Positions 29,604 through 38,339 of a stretch of 64,000 nt of DNA are shown piece after piece. Position 1 is the first letter of the stretch, and each line of letters begins with the position of its first letter. Both the position numbers and the translations under genes were made by a program. Below the pieces are notes generated by a model. The model saw only the letters and a program-made list of their open reading frames with translations. It did not search any database and was not told where the DNA came from. The DNA is from Chlamydiota bacterium (lineage in GTDB: Bacteria; Chlamydiota; Chlamydiia; Chlamydiales; JAAKFR01), in the NCBI GenBank assembly GCA_021772455.1, contig JAJFLY010000006.1, positions 112,377-176,376 of the forward strand. The letters run 5' to 3'.

Positions 29604-30272
29604 TTATGCCCCAGATAAAGCAGCAAGATTGGCCGCATATTGGTGTTGCGCAGACGCGAACTGTCGGTTGCGCGCAATTGCATAATCTGTCCGCAGGACA
29701 TAGTAATCGCGCAGCGTATCCAAATTAATCGCGTTTGGATGTAAAGTGTTGATCAGTCCACTGAAAAACAGTGGCGGTATGATGAGTACATCTATCCACT
29801 CCCAGCTGATTCGTGTTAAATCCTCCCCAACCCAATTTTTGACTCCATAGCGATACTGCTGATATAGAGCGTAAAAAAGAGTTACGGGGGCAAAAAGCGT
29901 TCGGAAAACGGCTCGCACGATGCGAAAGCTTAAGCTGAGCGGCACGCCTAAAGTCGCCGCTATGAGGTTAGTCATGCGTATGCAGTCGTTTGTTGAAGGG
30001 TATAGATAATTGTGCTGGGCAATGATTTGCTGCCTTAAGGGATAGGGGCAAGAAGGGCTCGAGCCCAATTTAATAGAAGCTGGATCGAAAGGAGCTACAT
30101 TGCGTGCAAAGCGCGAAAAAAACATAGGGAGATAGCGCGAAAAAAATATAGACACCGTGATAGGCAACGTGTTCTCCCCTCGCGGTCCTTGTAGATGTGT
30201 GTCTAATGTGCGCTTGTACTGATAAAAATTGTTGTCATTAGCATATCTCGCTAAGATCTCTGAAGTGAGCAT
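29604..30272 (-). CDS. Hypothetical membrane protein
   Basis: 222-aa ORF with several hydrophobic helices, lying 44 nt downstream of recB on the same strand. Confidence 0.5.
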   Translation of the reverse strand: MLTSEILARYANDNNFYQYKRTLDTHLQGPRGENTLPITVSIFFSRYLPMFFSRFARNVAPFDPASIKLGSSPSCPYPLRQQIIAQHNYLYPSTNDCIRMTNLIAATLGVPLSLSFRIVRAVFRTLFAPVTLFYALYQQYRYGVKNWVGEDLTRISWEWIDVLIIPPLFFSGLINTLHPNAINLDTLRDYYVLRTDYAIARNRQFASAQHQYAANLAALSGA

Positions 30273-30316
30273 AACTTAACCTCATTGAATATTCTGTCCG
30301 CTAATATAAATAAAAA

Positions 30317-33124
30317 TTAATTTTTAATAAAGAAAAAGAGGTCTTTTGGCCGCAGAAACAGATAAAGAATTCCTTTAAAGGGAGGTTTGTCGTGAAAAAG
30401 ACTGAGATAACGCTCTACAGCGTTTTGGTAAATTTCTGCCTGAACATCGTAGTGATGCTCTTGGACACACTCTTCAATTGTGGTGTCGATGATATTCGTT
30501 TTCCAATCGATTAAGTAATAACCACCCTCATATTCAAAAAACAAATCGATAAACCCTTTTAAAAAGCCGGGAGGCTCATCAGATGGGTACAAAAACTCCA
30601 TCTCTTTGATGATCTTCTTAGGATTCACATCTAAAAGGGAAAAGGGACCATCAGGGCCTGGCAGGGGGTGGTTTAAAGCCCATTCCATCATCGAGACCGC
30701 CTCTTCACTCCACGCCTCTAAAAAGGTGCCGCGGAGCGCTTTTAGAACAAAGGGATGGAGGGTCTCGGGGTTTTCAAAGTCGAAATCCTCGAAAAGCTTG
30801 TGGATCAAAATGCCCGTCTGAGGTCCTGGGGGCATGATTCCCTCAGCAAGAGTGTGTTTTTCGCGCGGCTCATAGGTGACAAGCGAGGTATAAGAATGCA
30901 TTGCGCAAGCAGGATAGCTCTTATTCAAGACGACAGGTGCTTGTGAAACTGTTTTTTTGCGCGCGTAAATAGGTCGTGGATAGATTTCACACGCTTCAGA
31001 TGATTTTGCTGTGTAGGCACTATTTTCTAAAAATGTTGTGATCGGAGAATCGTTTTCCAGAACTGGAACATAGAGTCTCTGCTTGGCGCGTGTGCAGGCG
31101 ACATAGAGCTGACGCATTTTTTCGGCGCGCTCTTCTGATTCGCTCAAAGGATCGGAGAAAACTAAACGATTTTCAAACCGCTTGAGCCCTTTGCGACGGA
31201 CATAGGGAGCTGCGATGCCGATCGGAAAGACGACCGAAAATTCGAGCCCTTTGCTCACGTGGATCGTCATCACTTGAATGGCATCTTCCTCAACAGTTGC
31301 CCACGCACGGAGCTGCTCGGCGTCACTATCGAGCTGCATCAGCCCATTATAGAAAGAGAGGAGATCCTCCTTTACATGAACGCCCATCTCTACGAGTTGT
31401 AACAGATCTTGGTAGAGTTTAGGGTCGCTCAGCTTAGACTCCTCTACAACGTGATTAAATAAGGAGAGGAGCCCTTCGGTTTCAAGGAGGTGGTGGTAGC
31501 TGTAAAAACGCTCATATTCCTCGGGAAGTGCGTCGATTGGATAGGCGAAAAAGGGGCCCCCTAAAACTCTTGCAAGAGCGCTTTTATCGCGCGGGTTTTG
31601 AGCAGCGCGGATCAATTCGATCAAGGTCTCAAATGCGGGTGAATCGAGGAGCGAGCGGCTCCTTTTTGAGACGGCCGGCAGAGAACACGCCTTTAAAAAA
31701 CGTTCTGCCTGATGGCGATCGTTCACGAGAACGGCGCATTCACGCAAAGGAATGTTTAACCTACTGATTTCATGGACAATTGTGGAAAAAAGAGCCTCTT
31801 CACTCTCTGCCATCAAATAATGGAGGCTCCCTTTGCCATCGTCAATGGGCGGCAATCCTGAAGCTGCTTCGACAGGAGAGCAGGCAATTATTTCTCCCGT
31901 TTTTGGCAAGGTGATGAAATCATGGGCAAAAAATGCGTTGAGCTCTTCTACAAGCGTGGGCGTTGAACGATAATTAGTTTGAAGCGAGGCGTAGGCATCT
32001 CTCCCCATCGCCTTTTTAGCCTCCATATAGGTGTAGAGATCGGCGCTGCGAAAACGGTAGATCGATTGCTTGGGATCACCCACCAAATAGACTGGCCCCT
32101 CGAACCCCTCGTTTAAAAAGAGGGTCGAAAAGATCTTCCACTGGAGCGGATCAGTATCTTGAAATTCATCGATCAAAACAGCTTTGTACTGGCGGCGGAC
32201 CGTTTGCGCAAAAATTGGGTCCGCGACCTGCTCGGCCATCATCCGCAGCAAGTCTTCAAAAAAGACGAGATCTTCCTCCTTGACAACCCTCTCGAGATGC
32301 ACACGCGCCTCCTCTGCCAAAACAGCAAGAATCGTTTCTGAATCGGAAAAAGAGGCGAGTTTTGGAATCAACTCTTCCTGCATTCTTTCGACAATTCCCG
32401 GGTGATTCAGGGTGGGAGAGAGGGTGCGTTTCAGTTTATTGGCTTCTACATACTTCAAAATGGGAAAATCGACCGGGTCAACCGGATCGCCGGCAAGCCA
32501 GGATGTAAAGAGCTTTAAACCTTCAACAACCTCAGGCTTAACCTGTTTTTTCCGATCACACAACTTTCCATACCCTGGAGCCAAGACGATCAGATCTTCC
32601 AACAAGGTCTCCGGATCAACATCAAATTTTGGGAAGATCCAATCGGGCTGTTCAATCGGCAACCTCTGGCTCACAAGAGAGACAAGGCGATCAATAAGCC
32701 TCTCGTTTAACACCTTTTCGAGTTGCTTTGGAGTCAAAATGGTTGATGTGCGGAGCGCATCCTTAATAATTTGTTTGAGAAGAGCGCTTTGGCTACTTTC
32801 TTCGAACTGATCAAGGGCAAATCCTGTCTGTAAAGCCTGCTCCTGCAAGCAGTGAAAACAAAAACTATGGATCGTCCAGATTTTTGCCTCATCGAACTGG
32901 ATGAGCTGCTCAGGATTGAGGTGGCTGCGGATCCGCTCTTTCAACTCAACCGTCGCGGCCCTGGTAAAGGTGACAACTAGGATTTCATCGAGGGTAATCC
33001 CTTCATCGAGGAGACGAATGACGAGATTTTCGATTGCAAATGTTTTTCCAGTTCCCGCAGATGCTTCTAAAAAGCGATTTTCAAAGAGATGGAGATTGGG
33101 ATCGAGTACATCAAAACCACGCAT
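30317..33124 (-). CDS. recB: Exodeoxyribonuclease V beta subunit
   Basis: 935 aa with EASAGTGKT Walker A, the UvrD-like motif IDEFQDT and the C-terminal RecB nuclease motif GFIDLFFEY..YLIDWKTN. Confidence 0.9.
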   Translation of the reverse strand: MRGFDVLDPNLHLFENRFLEASAGTGKTFAIENLVIRLLDEGITLDEILVVTFTRAATVELKERIRSHLNPEQLIQFDEAKIWTIHSFCFHCLQEQALQTGFALDQFEESSQSALLKQIIKDALRTSTILTPKQLEKVLNERLIDRLVSLVSQRLPIEQPDWIFPKFDVDPETLLEDLIVLAPGYGKLCDRKKQVKPEVVEGLKLFTSWLAGDPVDPVDFPILKYVEANKLKRTLSPTLNHPGIVERMQEELIPKLASFSDSETILAVLAEEARVHLERVVKEEDLVFFEDLLRMMAEQVADPIFAQTVRRQYKAVLIDEFQDTDPLQWKIFSTLFLNEGFEGPVYLVGDPKQSIYRFRSADLYTYMEAKKAMGRDAYASLQTNYRSTPTLVEELNAFFAHDFITLPKTGEIIACSPVEAASGLPPIDDGKGSLHYLMAESEEALFSTIVHEISRLNIPLRECAVLVNDRHQAERFLKACSLPAVSKRSRSLLDSPAFETLIELIRAAQNPRDKSALARVLGGPFFAYPIDALPEEYERFYSYHHLLETEGLLSLFNHVVEESKLSDPKLYQDLLQLVEMGVHVKEDLLSFYNGLMQLDSDAEQLRAWATVEEDAIQVMTIHVSKGLEFSVVFPIGIAAPYVRRKGLKRFENRLVFSDPLSESEERAEKMRQLYVACTRAKQRLYVPVLENDSPITTFLENSAYTAKSSEACEIYPRPIYARKKTVSQAPVVLNKSYPACAMHSYTSLVTYEPREKHTLAEGIMPPGPQTGILIHKLFEDFDFENPETLHPFVLKALRGTFLEAWSEEAVSMMEWALNHPLPGPDGPFSLLDVNPKKIIKEMEFLYPSDEPPGFLKGFIDLFFEYEGGYYLIDWKTNIIDTTIEECVQEHHYDVQAEIYQNAVERYLSLFHDKPPFKGILYLFLRPKDLFFFIKN

Positions 33125-35888
33125 CGGCCATCTCCTTGTAGAGTTTTTCCGCTTCTCCCTTCCACACGGTAATCAGCTCTTGAGTCGGCAGCGGCGTTTG
33201 TCCACGCAAAGCCCACCGAAGCGCAGAGTCGTAGCTCATCGCTTTTTCCAACTTAGCCGGCTCTTCTTTTAAAATCGGCTCAACCCACTCCGGAAATAGG
33301 GGCGTTACCACCTTCTGAGAAAGAAAATAGTAGTCGAGAATCGCTTTTAGATAGGGCTGTGGATCGTCGAAAAAGCGCAGGGCCTTTTTTCCATCCCGAA
33401 CAAAGAGGCAGGAGGAAGTGTTAGGTTGTATCGCAGACAAAATGAGAAATAAGGGCCAATTGCGCACGGCCCCTTTCATATTTTTTTTCTCAAAAAGACA
33501 CAGCTCACCTGGCAAAACGCCCTCTAAAGTTCCCACAATTTGCACATTTCCGACCATTAGGTCGACAGGAAGGCTCTCAAGATCTTTTGGGAGCGCTTCG
33601 ATTTCGGCGCGTACTTGATTTTCTGCAAGGGCGGCAAAAGAGCCTATTGGAAAATCGCCTTCCCGTTTCGCCTTTTCGAAAGCCCCCTCCCCCGATTTGC
33701 GCAAAATCGCTTTACGCAATGCCGATAGTTGAAATGCTTCTTCCTCTAGAACCACTCTCTCGTCGTGGATATAAATATCTTGAGTGTACAAGTAGTGGCG
33801 CAAAGGAGAGCGAAAGGGGCGAATCAAGTCGACAAGGTCGATTCGGCAAGGAGGAATCTCAATCTTTTGCGGGTGGTAGGCAAAAAGAGTTGGAGTGGCT
33901 TTTGTCTCTTTGATCGGCACATGAAAGGGGTGTTTGATTATCTTTGAAACAAAGGGGAGAAGCTGCGTGACGACAGAAGAGGGAGGCCAAGGGGTTTGGT
34001 CGAAAGGATCAGATCCCAAATAACTGACAATTAACTTTTCACGAACAGATAAAAGGGCCTCTAAAAAAAGATAGCGGTCAAAATCGAGCCTAGAAGGGGA
34101 GAAATCGCCCTGATCTTTCAACATATCGAGTGAAAAAAGACTCTCCTGACGGGGAAAAGCATCGTGGTTCATTCCAATCAGACAAATCACTTTAGCCGGA
34201 ATCGCGCGCATCGGAAGCATCGAACAAAAGCGGATCGCCTGAATTTGATTGGCGTTCACGGTCATACTCTTGGCTCCGATCACCTCATGGAGCAGCTGCA
34301 AAATCAATTCGAACGAATAGGAGCGCTTCGGAAAATGGCGGGCGCCACGTCCAAGAATTTCTAAATGGTGAATTACAGTATCTGATTCAAAAAAATAGCT
34401 CTCATGTAGGGTTTTGAAGCGCAGAGCCCACTCTCGAAGCGTTTGCCTCTCTTGGAGCAGTGCTAAATCGGCGCTCAAACGGTCGAGCACCTGTTTCCAC
34501 TCACCCAAAAGCTCGGCTTGGGTAAAATCGATCCTAGTCGGCGCGTGAGGAATGGCAAGCTCTTCAAGAAGATGATCGATCCCCGCTTTCCACGTAGCCC
34601 CTTCATCCCCGATCCCCTGCTTACATTGTCGCTGTTTGAGCAGCGCATCCCGGTTTTCCCCATCAAGTCCCCATCGAATTCCCGTTTGCTCAATCCAAAC
34701 ACGAATCTGGAGAAGATCTTCTTCATTCCATCCAATTTTTTTCCGAAAAAGAGGGTGGTGGAAAAGCTCTAGTAGTGCCGGAGCGCTAAAACGTCGTTTT
34801 TCAAGATCGAGCAGTAAAAAAAGGCCCTCGACCTGCGGATGTTTTTGCTGCATCGGCATATCGGCGATCTGAAAAGATTCAAATATAGACCGAATAAAAG
34901 GCTCGTAAACCGTAATATCGGGAGCCATCACCAAAATATCGCGCGGCTCCAGATCATTATTTTCATTCAAGAAGGTGATCAACGTTTTATGTAAGCTTTG
35001 AATCTCTTGGTGAGCCGTAGAACAGATGTGGAGCTCAAGCGAGTTATCTTTGATTTTTTCATACGTTTCGAGATGAAGAAGCTCGCGCTGCAGCTGGTGC
35101 AATTGAGTCTGTTTCTCTGGCACTGCGTACTCTTCTTCAATCATGATTTCGCTCTCTTCGATCAAACGAGCCATCTCCCTGCCAACCCTTCCGAAGTGGG
35201 TTAAAAGAGGTTGCTCTTTAGAAAGATCACTCCAAAACTCTTGACATGCAGAGAGTTGATAAAAATGAACCTTGGGAAGCTGTTGAAAAAAATGGAAGTA
35301 AAGCGGAGGCAAATGGCTAAACGAAAAGAGATGGATCGAAGCGTCACACTCTTTTGCTTTAAGCATCGGAAGCATGCGCAAGGGGTAGGTCCACCTTGTA
35401 AAAACACGCCCCCAAAGATCTTCCTGCCAATTTTGCGGCTCTCTTTCCCATTTCGCACAGGCGCTATGGCCATAAACACCGTAGCGGATAAAGAGGGTAG
35501 CGAGCTGTTTCGCAAGAGCAATTACCCGCTTCTCTTTCCCACACAGATAGCCTTGAAGCGTCTCCCAATGCCCTTTGATTTGATCCAGCTCAGATTCGAT
35601 CGTCAAGATAAGTTCCAGCTTTGTGGGAAAATGCTCCATCTCAAAAAGTTCGTGGATCGCATTTTCCAAAAACGAAGTGGTGATCCCCGCTGCAATGGAG
35701 AGATCCTTTGCAAGCTCCATTCGAATCCACCCCTCCATAGCTTGGCTCGGAACGATTACAAGACGTTTAGAAAACGGATTTGAGCCAGCCGCAAAAAGAT
35801 TTTCTTTAAGTTTCTGAAAAAGATTTTCAACAGAGTTGCTAAAAAAAAGGTGTGCAGGGGTATACTCTTCGATGATGTCTACTCCCAA
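33111..35888 (-). CDS. recC: Exodeoxyribonuclease V gamma subunit
   Basis: 925 aa with the N-terminus LFFSNSVENL..RLVIVPSQAMEGW as in RecC. The 3' end overlaps the recB start by 14 nt. The start is TTG and uncertain. Confidence 0.8.
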   Translation of the reverse strand: MGVDIIEEYTPAHLFFSNSVENLFQKLKENLFAAGSNPFSKRLVIVPSQAMEGWIRMELAKDLSIAAGITTSFLENAIHELFEMEHFPTKLELILTIESELDQIKGHWETLQGYLCGKEKRVIALAKQLATLFIRYGVYGHSACAKWEREPQNWQEDLWGRVFTRWTYPLRMLPMLKAKECDASIHLFSFSHLPPLYFHFFQQLPKVHFYQLSACQEFWSDLSKEQPLLTHFGRVGREMARLIEESEIMIEEEYAVPEKQTQLHQLQRELLHLETYEKIKDNSLELHICSTAHQEIQSLHKTLITFLNENNDLEPRDILVMAPDITVYEPFIRSIFESFQIADMPMQQKHPQVEGLFLLLDLEKRRFSAPALLELFHHPLFRKKIGWNEEDLLQIRVWIEQTGIRWGLDGENRDALLKQRQCKQGIGDEGATWKAGIDHLLEELAIPHAPTRIDFTQAELLGEWKQVLDRLSADLALLQERQTLREWALRFKTLHESYFFESDTVIHHLEILGRGARHFPKRSYSFELILQLLHEVIGAKSMTVNANQIQAIRFCSMLPMRAIPAKVICLIGMNHDAFPRQESLFSLDMLKDQGDFSPSRLDFDRYLFLEALLSVREKLIVSYLGSDPFDQTPWPPSSVVTQLLPFVSKIIKHPFHVPIKETKATPTLFAYHPQKIEIPPCRIDLVDLIRPFRSPLRHYLYTQDIYIHDERVVLEEEAFQLSALRKAILRKSGEGAFEKAKREGDFPIGSFAALAENQVRAEIEALPKDLESLPVDLMVGNVQIVGTLEGVLPGELCLFEKKNMKGAVRNWPLFLILSAIQPNTSSCLFVRDGKKALRFFDDPQPYLKAILDYYFLSQKVVTPLFPEWVEPILKEEPAKLEKAMSYDSALRWALRGQTPLPTQELITVWKGEAEKLYKEMADAWF

Positions 35889-37605
35889 ACCAAAATTTTT
35901 GTCATCTTTTACGGCCCTGAATTTTACCCAATTTTTTGCGGCTCTGAATGATAACCTCTACAAGCTCATCCTTATTTTCTTTGTCATCTCGGTCAAAGGA
36001 GAAGAGCACAGCAACACGATTCTCTCTTTAGCGGGGGCAATTTTCGTCATCCCCTTCATCCTTTTTGCCCCTATCTCAGGAATCATAGCCGACCGCTATA
36101 GCAAGCGAACGATCATCTACCTTACCCGACTCTGCGAAATTCTCACAATGACCTTGGGCGTTATCTCCTTTATTTTTAAATCTATCATGGGAGGTTACGC
36201 AGTCCTTTTTTTGACAGCGACCTATAGCTCCCTCTTCTCTCCATGCAAGTATGGCATCATTCCTGAGATCGTCCCCAAACAAAAAATTCCACGCTGCAAT
36301 GGAGCCATTACTGCAGCCACCTTCCTGGCCATTATTCTGGGAACTTTCTTTGCCTCGTTTATCAGCGATATTTCAAATAGAAATTTTGTTCTTGCCGCCT
36401 CATTTTGCGTCATCATCGCTGTAGCAGGAACCCTCTTCAGTCTCAGAATCGAAAAAACTCAGCCCCAAGCGCCCCGAAAAAAATTCTCCCTTCGCTTTTT
36501 TACCACTATCTACCGCTCTTTAAAAAAAGCACGAAAAAGCCGTTATCTGTTTGTTGTTCTGATATTTGGGGCCTACTTTCTCTTTATAGGCGCCTATACG
36601 CAGCTCAATATTATCCCCTTTGCCATCCAAGCGCTCGACCTATCAGAAATCCAGGGAGGCTACCTATTTTTGATGACCGCAATTGGAATTGGGATTGGCT
36701 CCTTCCTAGCCGGACGTTTTTCAGTATTTGAAGTTGAGCTTGGCTTTGTCCCCATTGCCGCTACTGGAATTGGCCTCTGCTTGATAGGATTATTTTTCCT
36801 CGCCTCCCATTTGTACGCCGTTATCCCGCTGCTCATTTTAATCGGTTTATTCGGAGGATTTTATGTTGTTCCTATCGATGCCTTTATTCAAATAGCCAGT
36901 CCCCAAAGAGACCGGGGGCAGAATGTTGCCGCGTCTAATTTCTTAAGCTTTATCGGCGTGATTATCGCCTCAGGATTAATTGCTTTTTTTGGAAACCTAC
37001 TAAATATGACCGCTGCATCGGGATTTTTCATCGTCGGGATTTTAACCCTCATCATGGGACTCACCCTGGTTCTCCTCTTTGCTGACCAGCTCTTACGCTT
37101 GATTGTTGCGGTGTGGGCAAAATTTTTCTGCACCATTCATGTCATCTGGAAGAAAAGGATCGACCCCGATAGACCAACACTCCTCGTCGCTCCACGCACC
37201 CACTGGCTAGACACCGTTGTTGTGATGGCAACCCTACCCCGTCTCATTCGCTACATCGTTCCTATAGAAAATGGTAAGAAGCAAAGACCCTTGCTTTACA
37301 GACTTTTGTGGTTAATTCCCCTCGACATTGAGCACTTCTCTCCGATTGGAAAGCCAGCGCTCGAGGCTATTCGCAAAGAGTTGCGCGCTGGCCACTCCGT
37401 CTGCTTGATGCAACCGGTTGACATGCCTGCTAAAAATCTCAAAGAGTGGGAGAAGGCGCTAGAAGGTGTTCTTCAAGACATCGAGGTTCCGATCATGCCC
37501 ATCCACATTTCCCGCAAGGATCCTTCCAAGCCAGGACGGCTCAACGCCCTCAAAAGCTTAATGCGGGGCAAAACGCGTATCTCCTACGGCAATACCCAAG
37601 GGTAA
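35872..37605 (+). CDS. MFS transporter (LplT-like) fused to a C-terminal acyltransferase-like domain
   Basis: About 12 TM helices, then a ~170-aa soluble domain with LVAPRTHWLDTVVV in the place of the PlsC HX4D block. ATG 35872 is preferred over TTG 35836. Confidence 0.65.
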   Translation: MMSTPKPKFLSSFTALNFTQFFAALNDNLYKLILIFFVISVKGEEHSNTILSLAGAIFVIPFILFAPISGIIADRYSKRTIIYLTRLCEILTMTLGVISFIFKSIMGGYAVLFLTATYSSLFSPCKYGIIPEIVPKQKIPRCNGAITAATFLAIILGTFFASFISDISNRNFVLAASFCVIIAVAGTLFSLRIEKTQPQAPRKKFSLRFFTTIYRSLKKARKSRYLFVVLIFGAYFLFIGAYTQLNIIPFAIQALDLSEIQGGYLFLMTAIGIGIGSFLAGRFSVFEVELGFVPIAATGIGLCLIGLFFLASHLYAVIPLLILIGLFGGFYVVPIDAFIQIASPQRDRGQNVAASNFLSFIGVIIASGLIAFFGNLLNMTAASGFFIVGILTLIMGLTLVLLFADQLLRLIVAVWAKFFCTIHVIWKKRIDPDRPTLLVAPRTHWLDTVVVMATLPRLIRYIVPIENGKKQRPLLYRLLWLIPLDIEHFSPIGKPALEAIRKELRAGHSVCLMQPVDMPAKNLKEWEKALEGVLQDIEVPIMPIHISRKDPSKPGRLNALKSLMRGKTRISYGNTQG

Positions 37606-37630
37606 ACAGCGCAATAAATTCGAATTGTTG

Positions 37631-38020
37631 TTAATTCTCTAAGGGTGAGGAAAGAAAGGCGGTTATCTCCTCTTTGTTCACCCTACCAGCTGCAACATCC
37701 CAAGTCAGTAGCTCAAGCTTTTCAGGGGAAAAATCGATGGATCGCCTGTTATTTTTTAAAAAAACCAAAGCTGAAACAAGCCCTACTCTTTTGTTACCAT
37801 CAATGAAGGGATGATTTTGACATAAGTGAAAAAAATAGGCGGCTGCCTGCTGATGAATAGATTGGTGTAGAAGCTTTCCACCAAAAGTCACCTGTGGCTG
37901 AGCTAAAGCTGACTGCAATAGATCAAGATTACGTATCCCTTTTTTTCCACCATACCTCATGATCACCTGGTGGTGAATTAATTCAATACAATGTTCACTT
38001 AAATAAATTGTTTTTTCCAT
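37631..38020 (-). CDS. doc: Doc (death-on-curing) Fic-fold toxin
   Basis: 129 aa with the HPFIDGNKRVG Doc/Fic motif. The start overlaps the antitoxin stop (TAATG). Confidence 0.85.
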   Translation of the reverse strand: MEKTIYLSEHCIELIHHQVIMRYGGKKGIRNLDLLQSALAQPQVTFGGKLLHQSIHQQAAAYFFHLCQNHPFIDGNKRVGLVSALVFLKNNRRSIDFSPEKLELLTWDVAAGRVNKEEITAFLSSPLEN

Positions 38021-38262
38021 TATGCTAAATGCGAAAGTACTTCTGAATATTTTGCATGAATCTCATCTAAAACGGAGCTAATATAGTCCGGTCGTAGTAT
38101 TATTTTACCATCTTCTAAAATATCTATATCAAACTCTAAGCCATCCCCAATATCCGCTTCTTTGACAAAATCAATAGGGAATGAGATGTACCCGGAATTC
38201 CCTTTCAAATTGAAGATTGCCTTCTTAGTATTGTGAGGTTTATACTGAAAATTTTCTGACAT
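38020..38262 (-). CDS. AbrB/SpoVT-like antitoxin partner of Doc
   Basis: About 80 aa with GYISFPIDFVKEADIGDGLEFDIDILEDGKIILRP, a swapped-hairpin pattern, translationally coupled to doc. The start is moved to the internal ATG. Confidence 0.6.
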   Translation of the reverse strand: MSENFQYKPHNTKKAIFNLKGNSGYISFPIDFVKEADIGDGLEFDIDILEDGKIILRPDYISSVLDEIHAKYSEVLSHLA

Positions 38263-38339
38263 ATAAAATACCCTTAAACTCATTTCTATTAGGACTTTTC
38301 TACTAACCAACACACTACAGTTAGTTGTTTTACGCCTTT

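Noticed and set aside
35211-35783. 190-aa plus-strand ORF. Other long shadow ORFs of the same kind are 27976-28542, 44390-44875, 38736-39230, 53543-54001, 57006-57479, 13484-13894, 2531-2953 and 20588-21004
   Set aside because: All lie antisense inside long, motif-supported genes (recC, recD, rsbU, the porin, trkA, groEL, the HTH ORFan, hddA, dinG). They have low-complexity or Arg/Ser-rich translations and no RBS or promoter, so they look like typical shadow ORFs.
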